Source: Octopus bimaculoides
Taxonomy: Eukaryota
Assembly (NCBI RefSeq): GCF_001194135.2
Contig: NC_068983.1
Span: 18,923,632 to 18,987,586 of the forward strand
Direction: 5' to 3'
Length of the DNA: 63,955 nt
In this document: one piece after another, positions 13,118 through 25,697 of the stretch
Position numbering within the stretch: position 1 is the first letter of the stretch
Layout: the number at the start of each line of letters is the position of its first letter
Notes under the pieces: generated by a model
The model's database searches: none
What the model was told of the DNA's origin: nothing
The model's input: only the letters and a program-made list of their open reading frames with translations
Program-made: the position numbers and the translations under genes

Positions 13118-14052
13118 CATATGTAGTTAAGCTTCTATTTGTGCTTCTATTAAGATATTAAGGTCTGTGTATATTAGAACTATTACTGAGAGTGATATAT
13201 GGGCAATTTACCACGTTGGGATTTGTCCTTATATTACATATAGAACTAAGGCGATGGTGACTGGGTTCTTAACTTTTATTAATTGATAGTCACCATAACG
13301 ATATAGACAGAAATATACCGAAGTGAATCGTGGCGTGATTAAACTAATATTTATAATCAACTGAAATTACAAAACTAATCTGCACCCGATTGAACGAATT
13401 TAGTACAACATTGGGGATAGCGATTCCACTAAATGACTTGAACCAGACTGAGTGTTTGTCAGAAATATGTTAAACGCGAGTATTAATTCAATAACTGTGC
13501 CATCGATATTATTGCTTAATTGCTGATAGTGATTTATATAGAAAAGAAATGAAGGCAGAAATGTGGAATTTCAGTACGTCAGTTTTGGTATTGTCTGCGA
13601 TATAATATGCATCATATTTTAGATTCACCTAGAATTGGCAGCGTTCTACTGTGGCTCAAGCAAGAAAATTACGGAGGAGTAGATTACAATCTAAATAGGT
13701 GACGCTGCGAGCTGATCTACTTGTATATACACTATTTGTCAACAAGAGACATATTCTCCGTGACAAAACGCTGTGAGTAGCTTGTTCCCCCAGTTCGAAT
13801 GTGCATCAAGCATTTTTCGGATTGATTATAACATTGGAATTTTACTTATCACAGCTTAGTGCTCCCCCTCCATACAATACTCTGTATAGATTCACGAACG
13901 CGAAAAATGGTTCCAGTCACCAGAAGATTACGATTGAAAATTACTAGAGCAGTTAACTTCTCAATAGCTATTTTTATGGAATTTAATATTAAAAATGACA
14001 GTGACATTAACGGCCCAAAATGAATATTTTCCACCAATATCAATCAACACTA

Positions 14053-14263
14053 AGGCGCCGAGCTGGCAGAAACGTTAAAACGCCAGGCGAAATGCTTTGC
14101 GGTATTTCTTCTGTCTATGTTCTGAGTTCAAATTCCGGCGAAGTCGATTTTGCCTTTCATCCTTTCGGGGGCGATAAATTAAATACTAGTTGCATACTGG
14201 GATCAATCTAATCGCCCTGACCACTCCCCCAAAATTTCGAGCCTTGAGCCTAGAATAGAACAG
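14053..14263 (+). mobile_element. SINE family B, full-length, with 17-bp TSD
   Basis: Flanked by AATATCAATCAACACTA (14036-14052) and AATATCAACCAATACTA (14264-14280), 15/17 identical. The central GTCGATTTTGCCTTTCATCCTTTCGGGGGCGATAAATTAAATAC resembles the conserved domain of Meta-type SINEs (recalled, not aligned). Confidence 0.9.
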
Positions 14264-15298
14264 AATATCAACCAATACTACAGAGAGAAGTATTTCATGA
14301 TCCCGAATATGGATATACATGAAATTGGGATTAACCTATGTAAACATTTCTAAATGGAGTCACTAAATAGATTCATAATTTCAAACAGGCTATCGATAAG
14401 AGTGCATATTTACTACAGAAAAGGTAAATTAAAACGTATTGAAAGAAGTACGCTTACTATTGGGATTAATACATGCGTGATTGTAAGTATGTATGTTTGT
14501 TTCCGTATGTACATAAGTATATATAAGTTTCTTCTTGTTTGCCTGAAGCCCGATTTTCTGCGTCTTTCGCAGGCGCCGCCAAAATGGGAAGATCCTCAGT
14601 CTTATCATTAACGGTGCGAAACTTAGTGTTACCCTCAGTTTCATATACGTATAAATTTTTCTATCAGACGTGTTTTAATTTACAATGCATTTTTCATTTA
14701 TTAGTACACATACACACACACACACACACACACATACACACACACATATACATACATACATGCATACATGCATACACACACACACACACTTATATATATA
14801 TATATATAAATACGTACGCACATACATACATACACACATATACTGATATATACACGCGCGCGGGTGTGTGTATGCCTGCATTTTATAGTACAGATTTGCC
14901 CACGCTGTTATATGAATTCTCGCAGAAAAATCTACAGCGGAATCTGAACACTTGTGTGATCTGGAAAATGCTCACATAGAAACATCTTAGTTTTTGCAAA
15001 GCAACAGAACGTATGCGCACAGTTTGAAACTGAACACGAATTATATCTGTAGATAACGAGAATGGCGGACTAGAAGTCTCAAGAATAAAAACGTTATATG
15101 AAAAATACAGCTAAATGGGACATAAAAAGTTGTATCGTTTCTGTTTGAAATTTACTCACGAGTTAGATTTTGTAATAAACTGCGTATTCATTGTATAACA
15201 TCCCAAAATTAGTACTCATAATGTGTCTATGTGTGCGTGTGTGTGTGCATAGATCTATTTTGTGTTTATATATATGCATGCACATATACATATGTATG

Positions 15299-15344
<46 letters not shown>

Positions 15345-16029
15345 NNNNNNNNNNNNNNNNNNNNNNNNNNNNNNNNNNNNNNNNNNNNNNNNNNNNNNNN
15401 NNNNNNNNNNNNNNNNNNNNNNNNNNNNNNNNNNNNNNNNNNNNNNNNNNNNNNNNNNNNNNNNNNNNNNNNNNNNNNNNNNNNNNNNNNNNNNNNNNNN
15501 NNNNNNNNNNNNNNNNNNNNNNNNNNNNNNNNNNNNNNNNNNNNNNNNNNNNNNNNNNNNNNNNNNNNNNNNNNNNNNNNNNNNNNNNNNNNNNNNNNNN
15601 NNNNNNNNNNNNNNNNNNNNNNNNNNNNNNNNNNNNNNNNNNNNNNNNNNNNNNNNNNNNNNNNNNNNNNNNNNNNNNNNNNNNNNNNNNNNNNNNNNNN
15701 NNNNNNNNNNNNAGAGAAAGAGAGAGAAAAAGAGAGGGAGCGTTGTTGCAATTATTTCTATAAATATATATTTCTGCAGGAAGACAGAATTGTTTCTAAA
15801 CACCATTCAGCCGTCTCTCTCCTGCTAATAGCGAGAAACTATAAGCTATTTGCTTGATACACATTCATAAATGGATTTGCGATGAAATATGTAAACTTGT
15901 TTTATTAATTATTCGTTAGCCATCATAGTATAATTTATATTGCAACATCAGACGTGCGTGTTGGAGTTGATATTACAAATACAAATATAATTGGATACAC
16001 CTCAATTCAGTGGAAGATTTCAGAAAAAG

Positions 16030-16630
16030 TTGTATAGCTCACAAAGTCTAAAATATAAAAGTTTTAATCCATATAGCAACAGAAGTGAACCAATTAGGAT
16101 TAAGAATCATTAAATATTTCAAAAACACATATAAATAAATTTGAGGAAAATAGCGTAATTCTTTTCTTTTGCCACATTTTATCAGATTTTGACTGGCAAA
16201 GAAGTTAGTAAAATCCAAGGATCGAAGATGACTGCCGAAGACACACTGTTAGATTAACTGAGGAGTGATGTTTAATAGTGTTACTATTATAAATTCAAAC
16301 ACAGTTCTCTAGCGAGAACATTGTATAGCTTACGATGTCTAAAATATAAAAGTTTTAAACCATATAGCAACATTAGTGAACCAATTAGGATTAAGAAAAT
16401 TATTAAATATTTCAGGAACACACATAAATAAATTTGAGGACAATATCAGCTTAAAGTTTTGCTTTTGCCACATTAGAACAGATTTTGACTTGCAATGAGG
16501 TGAGTAAAATGAAAGGATCGAAGATGGCTGCCGAAGACACACCGTTAGATTAACTAAGGAGTGATGTTTAAAAGCTTTACTAATATAAATTCAAAAACAG
16601 TTCTCTACCGATTTCCTTTCTACGAGAACA
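16030..16630. repeat. Two-copy tandem duplication, period ~291-296 bp
   Basis: TTGTATAGCT...GTTCTCTA is repeated with scattered substitutions and small indels (copy 1 ~16030-16320, copy 2 ~16321-16630). Confidence 0.92.
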
Positions 16631-17779
16631 CGTAAAACCTTAATTACTCTATCAAAGCAAATATTTTAATGACTATTTTGGAAATAATGTAACATTAGCA
16701 GACATTTTGTCTGATTCTACATTGAATATGGTCAATGTGTCCGGTAATAAATCCTCTAAATTGTCTTTCTTTTCCCATAAAGATATGAAAACATATTATA
16801 AGGATAAAAAAGCATTGGATAAATATCATTAAGAGTGTTTGATCTGTCTATTAATTTTATTTTCCTAGATAAGCCAGCAGTTTCGTTTTCACCCTCTAAG
16901 AGATATGACGACCAAAAAACAAATACATTTATAAAATATATATCTGCAAACTGGCTTATACATTCGGTCACATCTTAATACATGGTTACATATAGGCTAC
17001 GTATGACTATATACATGTAATTATAATTGCACACACATAACATACATACATAACACACACATACACACACATATATTCTTAAATAGTACCGTTATTTGTG
17101 AGTGTTTAAATGNNNNNNNNNNNNNNNNNNNNNNNNNNNNNNNNNNNNNNNNNNNNNNNNNNNNNNNNNNNNNNNNNNNNNNNNNNNNNNNNNNNNNNNN
17201 NNNNNNNNNNNNNNNNNNNNNNNNNNNNNNNNNNNNNNNNNNNNNNNNNNNNTTATATACACGTCGGTATTGTTTTCTTTATTTTCAACTAATAGTACGC
17301 TTTATTGTGTTACAGGATGTAAAGGATAATCGATCTCTGCAAAATTTACAGTCAAAACGAAATGCTCCGTAATATGTCATGCAGAACATTTTGTACACTA
17401 AAAGTTCTACCATTTCGCACTATATATATATGAGTGGGTGTATGAAAGTGTTAGCATGATACTTTTGTTCATTTATACGTATGCTTGTGCTTGTTCATAC
17501 AAGATATGTTGAACGTCGATATTTTGCATTTTTCTCTGAATATTCGTTTTAATTATATCATAACCACTTAAATGTTGTTAATCTAATCTCTAAACTCAAC
17601 CCAGACACGAATGATTAATTTTGAAGTTGATTTCTAATATAATTAGCGGAGAACTCAGTCATGCTTACAGTGTTCATCATATTTATTGTTTTAAGATCAT
17701 ACGTATTAACTACGGTGTACATGGTTAATAACGGCAAATTATCGCCAGTCAGTGATAAAAATTAGCGTGAACATAAGTT

Positions 17780-18242
17780 GCATGCAGAAGTGAAGATTGA
17801 TCTCATGCATGATCAATTCATAGAGGCGATGAAAGCGTGCAAACGTGGTAAGGGCACTAGAGAGAATGATATTGAGACTGTGGATGTTAACGACATTAAA
17901 TAGGGAATGTATTCTCATGGTGAGTCGTACCTGTTAGGCGGCTTCGACTTCTGATAAGACATCAACAATGAAAACACGGAATGAGAAATGCAGTTTTTAA
18001 AAATGAAGATGTGAGTGACAGTTCTAATTATAAAGAAATACCGTTGTTTTTCCACAGCACGACACAGCTAAAAGCCTGTGTCTAGAAAAGAGATGTAGGG
18101 ACATAGTCGAACCTCGAATAGTGGAAGAACATGCAATGTCCGTCCTGGACGCGGCAAAAGTAACTAGAAAATTACTCTATGGTAGTTTCCCCGTGAGAAA
18201 ATTGCAATGATATGTACACTTGCTTTGTGCATCAAATATATA

Positions 18243-18274
<32 letters not shown>

Positions 18275-19720
18275 AATATTAGGGACAAAATCCCAAATTA
18301 CAGGTAAAAAACTCAATTAAAATCAATTTATAAAAAATTAAAATTANNNNNNNNNNNNNNNNNNNNNNNNNNNNNNNNNNNNNNNNNNNNNNNNNNNNNN
18401 NNNNNNNNNNNNNNNNNNNNNNNNNNNNNNNNNNNNNNNNNNNNNNNNNNNNNNNNNNNNNNNNNNNNNNNNNNNNNNNNNNNNNNNNNNNNNNNNNNNN
18501 NNNNNNNNNNNNNNNNNNNNNNNNNNNNNNNNNNNNNNNNNNNNNNNNNNNNNNNNNNNNNNNNNNNNNNNNNNNNNNNNNNNNNNNNNNNNNNNNNNNN
18601 NNNNNNNNNNNNNNNNNNNNNNNNNNNNNNNNNNNNNNNNNNNNNNNNNNNNNNNNNNNNNNNNNNNNNNNNNNNNNNNNNNNNNNNNNNNNNNNNNNNN
18701 NNNNNNNNNNNNNNNNNNNNNNNNNNNNNNNNNNNNNNNNNNNATATATATACTTGACTGCCTGCCATGCGATAGGCTGTGGGGTGATTTACAGGAGTTT
18801 AGGATTATTGGACATATTCTGGTGGCCATGAAGCACATATACATGCTCAGATATTTGTAGACTAGCACATGGTGAGACCTTTCAACATGTAAATATGCTT
18901 GATTATTTCTACCTCCCCTTTTATATATTTTTTGAACTGGACTGCAGAAACAGCATTCATCGAAGAGATACCACAATCGTTGTGCGTAGGATCGGCCGTC
19001 TGATGTTTGCAGACGACATGCTATTACTGGGTACCACAGATTGTGATTTCCATCAGGAAAGACAATTAATGTTTCAAACACTGAAACTATAGTCGTCTCA
19101 AGGAAATTCTCTCAGTGCACACTGGGCATTGGTGAAACATCTCTGAGACGAGTGGAGAAGTATGAATATCTCGGGGCTATACTCAGGAATGATGAGAATT
19201 AGGAGGTTGAATTAGATGTAAGAACTGAAGGCGGTGGACGAGTAATGCATGAGACTCAACATGCGATTATCAGAAAAGGGAAGTTTGAGAAAGATAAAAA
19301 TTCGGCTTCTCCAATCATGTTTTCATGCATACCCTTCCCTATGGTCATAAATATTGAGTAATAGCCAAGGAATATGATCGCAAAAGCAGGCAAAACGGAG
19401 TTTCTACGAAGGTTGCCTGGGGTAACGCGAGTCGAGAGGGTGCGAAGTTTAGAGATTATAGATCCCTAAAGGTGAGGTGTTACATTTCAGCACTGCGAGG
19501 TCGCACCTGCGGGGATTTGGATATATAATTAGAACATATCAAAACCAGTCGTTAGACAGACTTTTTCAAGGCGAGCCAACAGGGCTACGTTGGTGGGTAG
19601 ACGAAGAACGAGATGGTTGTATGATATCCATAGTCTTGATTAGTCACGTTCGAAATCTGCCTGAAGATCTAATAAAGTTCTTCGCAATAAGACCCTATGG
19701 ACGAAGATTTTGGGAGGTCT
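17780..19720 (+). mobile_element. Decayed RTE-clade LINE (RT and C-terminal region), interrupted at ~18236-18743 by (TA)n/(TAA)n, another repeat end and a gap
   Basis: Piecewise translations FIEAMKACKRGKG, CLEKRCRDIVEPRIVEE..RPGRG, RIGRLMFADDMLLLG (RT catalytic FADD), VEKYEYLGAIL, EFLRRLPGVTRVERVRS, RSHLRGFGYIIR are colinear with RTE ORF2; many stops and frameshifts. Confidence 0.85.
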
Positions 19721-19924
19721 TATATTAATGATCTTTCCAAGAACAAAGGGGGGGGGGAGAACATAGATGGATGAATTGATGGAATATCTGCATGAGAAAT
19801 ATGACGAACCCATTACAATAATGATATCTCTGTGTGAACTTACGCAGATACACACAAACACACACAAACATACATATATACACATATATATATAACTTAG
19901 ATATATTTTTACCACAGAATATAT

Positions 19925-22520
19925 ATACATGCTGTAGTTATAGAGTGTTACTACCTGAGGTACACGGTAGATGAAATTGTCGCTCAAATTAGGGGTTACC
20001 AACAATGTATGTATAATTATTGTAGGGAAAAGGGATTGTTTCAACTCATGGAACAGAGACTATGTGATAAATCTAGAAGAATAAGAAAACAAATCATCGG
20101 TTGACTGAAGTAGAGCTCGAAGCCATCAAAGAACGGCTCTTGGAAAATGCCAGCAGTGATATCGATGAAAATACAGTTCTTACTAATAAGAGTAATCTCA
20201 TAGCACAGGAAAGGAACAGTGGTCGTCTACTTTAGGAGAGACATATAGATGATCTAAAAGAAGACAATAAAACTAATGGCGACATGACAGATGAACAAAA
20301 GGCAATTTACGTCAGAATAAAGGTAAGCTACAGGAGAATGGTAGCGACATTATTTGCAAACTTAAAATTATTGACCGTTGGAAGTTGAACAAAGAAACGA
20401 AAAAATGTCAATGATATTCTGAAATACATCAGAACAAACAACATCACAGAAACAAATAATTTGATCAAGGCAACAAATATTGTTGTAGCAGAAAATGTGG
20501 GTGTTGATGTCAAGAAAAAGAAATATAATGGGAGTGACAAAAGAAAAGACCCATGAAGGAAAAAAGAATATAGGCTGGGTTAGACATGCTCTCGAAGGAA
20601 ATTTCTGTGTTAGACCTAAAAGAGACAGGGGAGTTTAAAAGCGACCAAAATACAAATACAAGGCGCACTAAAGGAAGTATAATATAGAAAGAGAGGGCTT
20701 GAATGTAGTAGTGGAGGAACTGAAACAGCGACTCGTTGCAAGGAAAGAAAAGATGGTAAGATACGACCAAAGAATGAAGTGTTGCCACCAGAATAGTTTA
20801 TTTAGAGTAGATCAGAAGAGAGTCTATAAAGAAATAAATGGAGAGTGTACAGATGAGAAGTTGATTCCAGATACCAATGATAGTCAAACGTTTTGGAGTG
20901 AAATCTGGTGCAAAGATAAGTAGCACAAGAAGGATGCTGAATAGTTGCACGAACTGAAGAAACAGTAGTCTGTCCAAAAGAGGTACAACGAGTCATTTCA
21001 GCTAGCAAAGTGAAGAAAATCAGAAAAGAATGAGCGACTGGAAGGCCCCGGGACCAGATGGAGTTCAAGGCTACTGGATCAAAAGATTTAGTGAATGTCA
21101 TGTACGAATAGCTGCGCAACTCAACAACTTGTTAATACCGACCAAGTAACAACAGAGTGGTTGACATTGGATAGGACAGTACTGTGCTTGAAAAATCGAA
21201 AAAGATAATACGGTAGACAATTACAGGCCGGTATCCTGTTTGACACTTATGCGGAAATTATTGACTGGAATACTCGCAGAATTATTGTACGGACATCTGG
21301 AAAGAAGGGTTGCAAGCGTAGGTGCAGAGGTACCAAGGATCAACTCCTGATAGTCAAATCTGTACTTAGAGACTGCAAGAGGAGGAAACGTAACTTAGCG
21401 ATGTCATGGATCGAGTATTGTAAGGCGTACGATATTATCCCACAATCTTTGATAATGGAATATATGAACCGATTTGGTATTGTATCGAATGTTGATCAAT
21501 TGCGTGGAAAAAGTATGGCGAATTGGAGGCGGATCTGACAGCATACAGAAGACGTTTATGTACAGTAGAATTTAGGAGGGGCATCTTCGATTTTTGTATT
21601 GGGCTTGATACCTGTAACACTGATTCTGAGGAAAGAAAAAGCTGGGTATGTATTCAAAAGCCGCCAACAAAATTCAATCATTTGTTATTCATGGATGACC
21701 TCAAACTTTATGATAAAGATGAAGCCGAAGTCAATTCCCTCATTGATACGGTGTATAATTCCAGTGCTGATATCAGAATGGAGTTCGGACTGAGAAAGTG
21801 TGGTGTGTTAGTATTGATGAGAGGCAAAATCAAATGTATGGACGGGCTTACGATACCATCGGGGAAGGTTACGAAGAAGATCGAAGAGGCGGTCCATAAG
21901 TACTCGGGGATTTTGGAAATGGAAATATTGATGAAGCCACTATCCCAGAAGGAATATAACGACGCCACAACAATCTAGACAGGCTTGTCCATTGGACGCT
22001 TTGCAACAAGTATGGTCTTCACAGAGAAAGAAATTGATACGACCACCATCTCGAAGGCATCATCGAAAATAATAATGCAAAGATCCTATGGGATTTTATG
22101 ATTCTGTTGTGCGACCATGAGATAGAATATAAGAAGACAGTCTTAATTGGGAGAGAAATTAAACTATACTAGTCATAAATATAGCATGCCCAGCCGACAG
22201 CAGGGTATGCAGTAAGGAAGAAAAAAAAATTCGAGAAATATGAGAGATTAGCTTGGGAAGTTAAGCAGTTGTGGTCGATGAAAAAAGTAGCAGTAGTACC
22301 AATAATTGTCGGAGCCCTGGGAACAGTGAGGAAAATTCTCGAGAAGTACATGGAATAAATATGGGCTGCAATAAGAGTGGAGCACTTACAGAAAACAGCA
22401 CTACTTGGAACCGCGCGAATACTCTGGAAGGTGCTCGAAAAATAATGTGTTACCTTAGTTCACTGGTAGTGAACAGTTGACACCATAGTACATCTCCAGC
22501 GCTAGAAGCTGTGCAAACGC

Positions 22521-22580
<60 letters not shown>
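19925..22580 (+). mobile_element. Decayed R4/Dong-clade non-LTR retrotransposon (RT plus restriction-like endonuclease) with (TAA)n tail
   Basis: N-terminal VIECYY...REKGLFQLMEQRLCDK; ELKQRLVARKEKMVRYDQR...QNSLFRVDQKRVYKEING...FWSEIW; RT NHLLFMDDLKLY...DIRMEFGLRKC; RLE region DIACPADSRV..KEEEKIEKYERL..VVPIIVGALGTV...LQKTALLGTARIL; short 3' UTR followed directly by (AAT)20 at 22521-22580. Confidence 0.92.
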
Positions 22581-22581
<1 letters not shown>

Positions 22582-22660
22582 CTTTCAAATTTTGGCACAC
22601 GTCCCGCAATTTCAGAGGACGTAGTAATTCGATTATGGCATTCCGAAAGCGCTGCAAAAT
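22581..22660 (-). mobile_element. SINE family B 3' fragment
   Basis: GCTTTCAAATTTTGGCACACGTCCCGCAATTTCAG matches the reverse complement of the family B tail (compare 222-245 and 45693-45725). Confidence 0.55.
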
Positions 22661-22910
22661 CCACTCCCTTATTGATAGTGATGATCAATCTAATTTGTTC
22701 TGTAATAAAAGTCAAGATAACTCGATACTTTGGTACAAATGCCAAATCCACTCTAAACGTTTAGATATTTTCGATTTCCTTTAATAAATACAATATGTAG
22801 ATTGATAGCCTGGATTATAATAGTCCAATACATTTTAGGAAAACTTTGCTATAAAGCTAGAACACGAGCAACATTTAATTCATTCCGTAGCTCTTGATTA
22901 ATAGGCTTAC

Positions 22911-22966
22911 CATTGACTGGAAAACTCCCTGGCATTATTTCCTGAACACTTATTTTCAGTGAACAT
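22911..22966 (-). other. Candidate 56-nt exon
   Basis: Minus strand: TTATTTCTAG|ATGTTCACTG...AGTCAATG|GTAAGC; two frames are open (MFTENKCSGNNAREFSSQ or CSLKISVQEIMPGSFPVN). Splice-signal match only. Confidence 0.2.
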
Positions 22967-24415
22967 CTAGAAATAATGATAAATTATCCCTGGTGCCGCT
23001 ACCCTGACTGAATAGGATAAGACAACAGCAGTAGCAGAAGATGCATCAAAATATAATAAACACCAACCACGCATGCCCATACGCATAACTATCTTGCCAG
23101 CCATGCTGCTTATTGTGTCAAAGCACGTTATAGATATACTTCTTCGGATGTGTTATCAAAATACAAAATACTACAAAAAACGTTAACATAAACATTATAC
23201 AATATCGATCGATGATTACACAGCAAATAAGATTAAAACGTTCAGCTGAAATTAGTATCAGATACTTAAAAATACTGAGGTAGTTTAATTTTCCGGAGAA
23301 TTTGCTGTAATAAATTCGATGTGTAACTGTAATTCGTCTCAAATAATACCAGATAGCCTACAGGTAGTATTACATTAATAGAAGTATATTTTGTGAAACT
23401 GGGTACATTGCCAATATATTTGAAGCGGCAGGCAGTAGTAACTGCAGATCTACACGTCTGGCACTTTGGTGCACAGCATTGAAACCTTTATACGGCTGAT
23501 TAAACAAAGTCATTTAAAATTGACTAGAATTCGATGCAATCGTCTTAAGGAAAAAAAAGTTTTGTGAATAAATATAGAGATAAATCTCTTCTCATACACC
23601 AAATCGATTTATGTAGCATCTGGTAGAAGACAAGGAAAGAGAATGAAATAAAGTTTTACAAATCGTAGTGAACTAATACAGATAGTCCATTTCATATGTT
23701 TCTGCCTCATAAAACAGCTATAAATATCCACATTAGATCTGCAGAAGTTTTAATTTTTCACGAATTTATATCAATTTCTCTTTTAGTGCAGTACAACTGA
23801 TAGAAATAGAGATGTGATTTGATGCTGTATTATCTATTAAACAGACAGCTCGTTAGTTCGCATACAGTTATGTTACTGCAATTTACAATAAAACCTTTAA
23901 CCAAATAATTGTTGTTGACGACACCCATACAATACTTTATCTAATATATCACAAACTATACAGGAACCAAACGATATACTATTTTTTTGCATTCTGTAAT
24001 GGTTTGGTTCCTGTTCAAACGCATATTTGGATGACGCGTCTTGAAATTTCTCGTAAATTATGATTGTCAAGTTTTTTTTTATGATGCATAGGCATATATG
24101 GCCACAGCTGAATGTAAGAAACATAGCATATGAGTTGCCTTTACTTCGATATTCACAAAACGTGACAATATATATTTTCACACCGATCCAACTCAGTAAC
24201 CAAGCAGGTGATCAATATTATTCTAAATATAAAGGCTACCGAATATATTTAAACAAATCAATCCCCAAAGTCGTATTTGCAAATATACTTTGCTGTACAG
24301 CAGTGTAATAATATATTTGTGGTTTCGAGTGTGTGTATGTGTATGTGAATGAGTGTGTGTGTGGTCGATGGATGTGTTCCGAGAGTTACATAAATATATA
24401 TGAAAACACACACGT

Positions 24416-24943
24416 ATGTCCTGTAATACGGCATTTGTTTGTTCCATACGGAAATGCAGGTTAAATAGTAACATTAAAAGAAAAGGGACTACTGACATAG
24501 AAGCCCTGTCCGCTTCTTTGCTTTTCCTCCTTCCGAACACCGAAGCTCCTGACAAGAACTCAATAACTTTACACCATGCAATTAACTTCCTACATCATAT
24601 AAAAAGCGCCGCATCTGATAAAACTATCAAATTCATTGAGGATTTGATTCATTGGCAGTCAGTTGGCAAAGTTTCTTTTTGTGAGATACATGTTCCCATA
24701 GCTCATCTCATTGAGTGCTACAGTCCTGGATCCAACGTAGAAAGAAGCTGGGCACTTTCCATCAAGAATGACGACACACATTATATAGCTCACTGTCTGT
24801 CGGGTAATGCAAAGAGTAGAAAATCCGTAACGGCATCCGGTACGAGATTAATAGTGGGCAAGGTCGACGACGATCTCGGGCAGAATGTGATCACCGTCGT
24901 GGCTTGTACATACAGTAGGACATATTTCTCCAGAAATTTCTAA
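24416..24943 (+). CDS. Unassigned 175-codon ORF (possible exon or decayed coding remnant)
   Basis: The longest ORF in the window not built on gaps or simple repeats; it lies in a complex, less AT-rich island; no family motif recognised. Confidence 0.3.
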   Translation: MSCNTAFVCSIRKCRLNSNIKRKGTTDIEALSASLLFLLPNTEAPDKNSITLHHAINFLHHIKSAASDKTIKFIEDLIHWQSVGKVSFCEIHVPIAHLIECYSPGSNVERSWALSIKNDDTHYIAHCLSGNAKSRKSVTASGTRLIVGKVDDDLGQNVITVVACTYSRTYFSRNF

Positions 24944-25579
24944 CCAGTTAGTGCTAGGTGGAGGGACGTTGGCAAATCAAGATAAACTCTATAGGCATAG
25001 TCTTGCTGACCGCTGGGCCTGAGTTGCACCTAGAGTAACAGAACCAACTCAGTGTGTGCGCTCGTACTCTGCAGAAGCATGACTGACTTCTGAAGATATA
25101 CTGAACAGATGCTGCCGCGTGTGAGATTCTAACCCAGCTACCATCGGACATTGAAATTATGTGGTAAACAAGACTGAAGAAGCAAACTATGAAATTTGTC
25201 CATCGACATTTTTAAAGTCCCCTTTGAAAGGAAGGTGAGAATTAAGAGAGATGTGGTTGAACATGCCGAATATTACTCGAACATCCTATTCTAAACATGT
25301 ATCGGTATGGTTGAGAAAATGGATAGATGCAGTGTAATTCATAGAATGCTCTTACTGTTGAAAGTGATCCCACATCTATCGGTTTCCATTGTTTCTTCTG
25401 CATTGCATCTCCATACATATAGAGTAATTTTTTTTTGAAATTTTGTCGTTAACCGTTGTCTATTTTTTTTTTGTTAATTTTTTCTTCTTTACAACCGTTT
25501 ATCTAAATCAGCATTGACCGCTCTGTTTGTATCGTCCTAAATGTTCAATTATCTCTTATGGTTTTGACATCATTCTTAT

Positions 25580-25611
25580 TATTACACTTATTATCATCAT
25601 CATCATCATCA

Positions 25612-25679
<68 letters not shown>

Positions 25680-25697
25680 GTTGTTGTTGTTGTTATT
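25580..25697. repeat. (ATC)n(ATT)n(GTT)n compound microsatellite
   Basis: Direct reading. Confidence 0.95.

Noticed and set aside
24860-24890. DDDLGQN as a cadherin DxDxGxN calcium-binding motif (protocadherin)
   Set aside because: The rest of the ORF lacks PE, LDRE, AxDxG and DxNDNxP motifs and cadherin repeat spacing.
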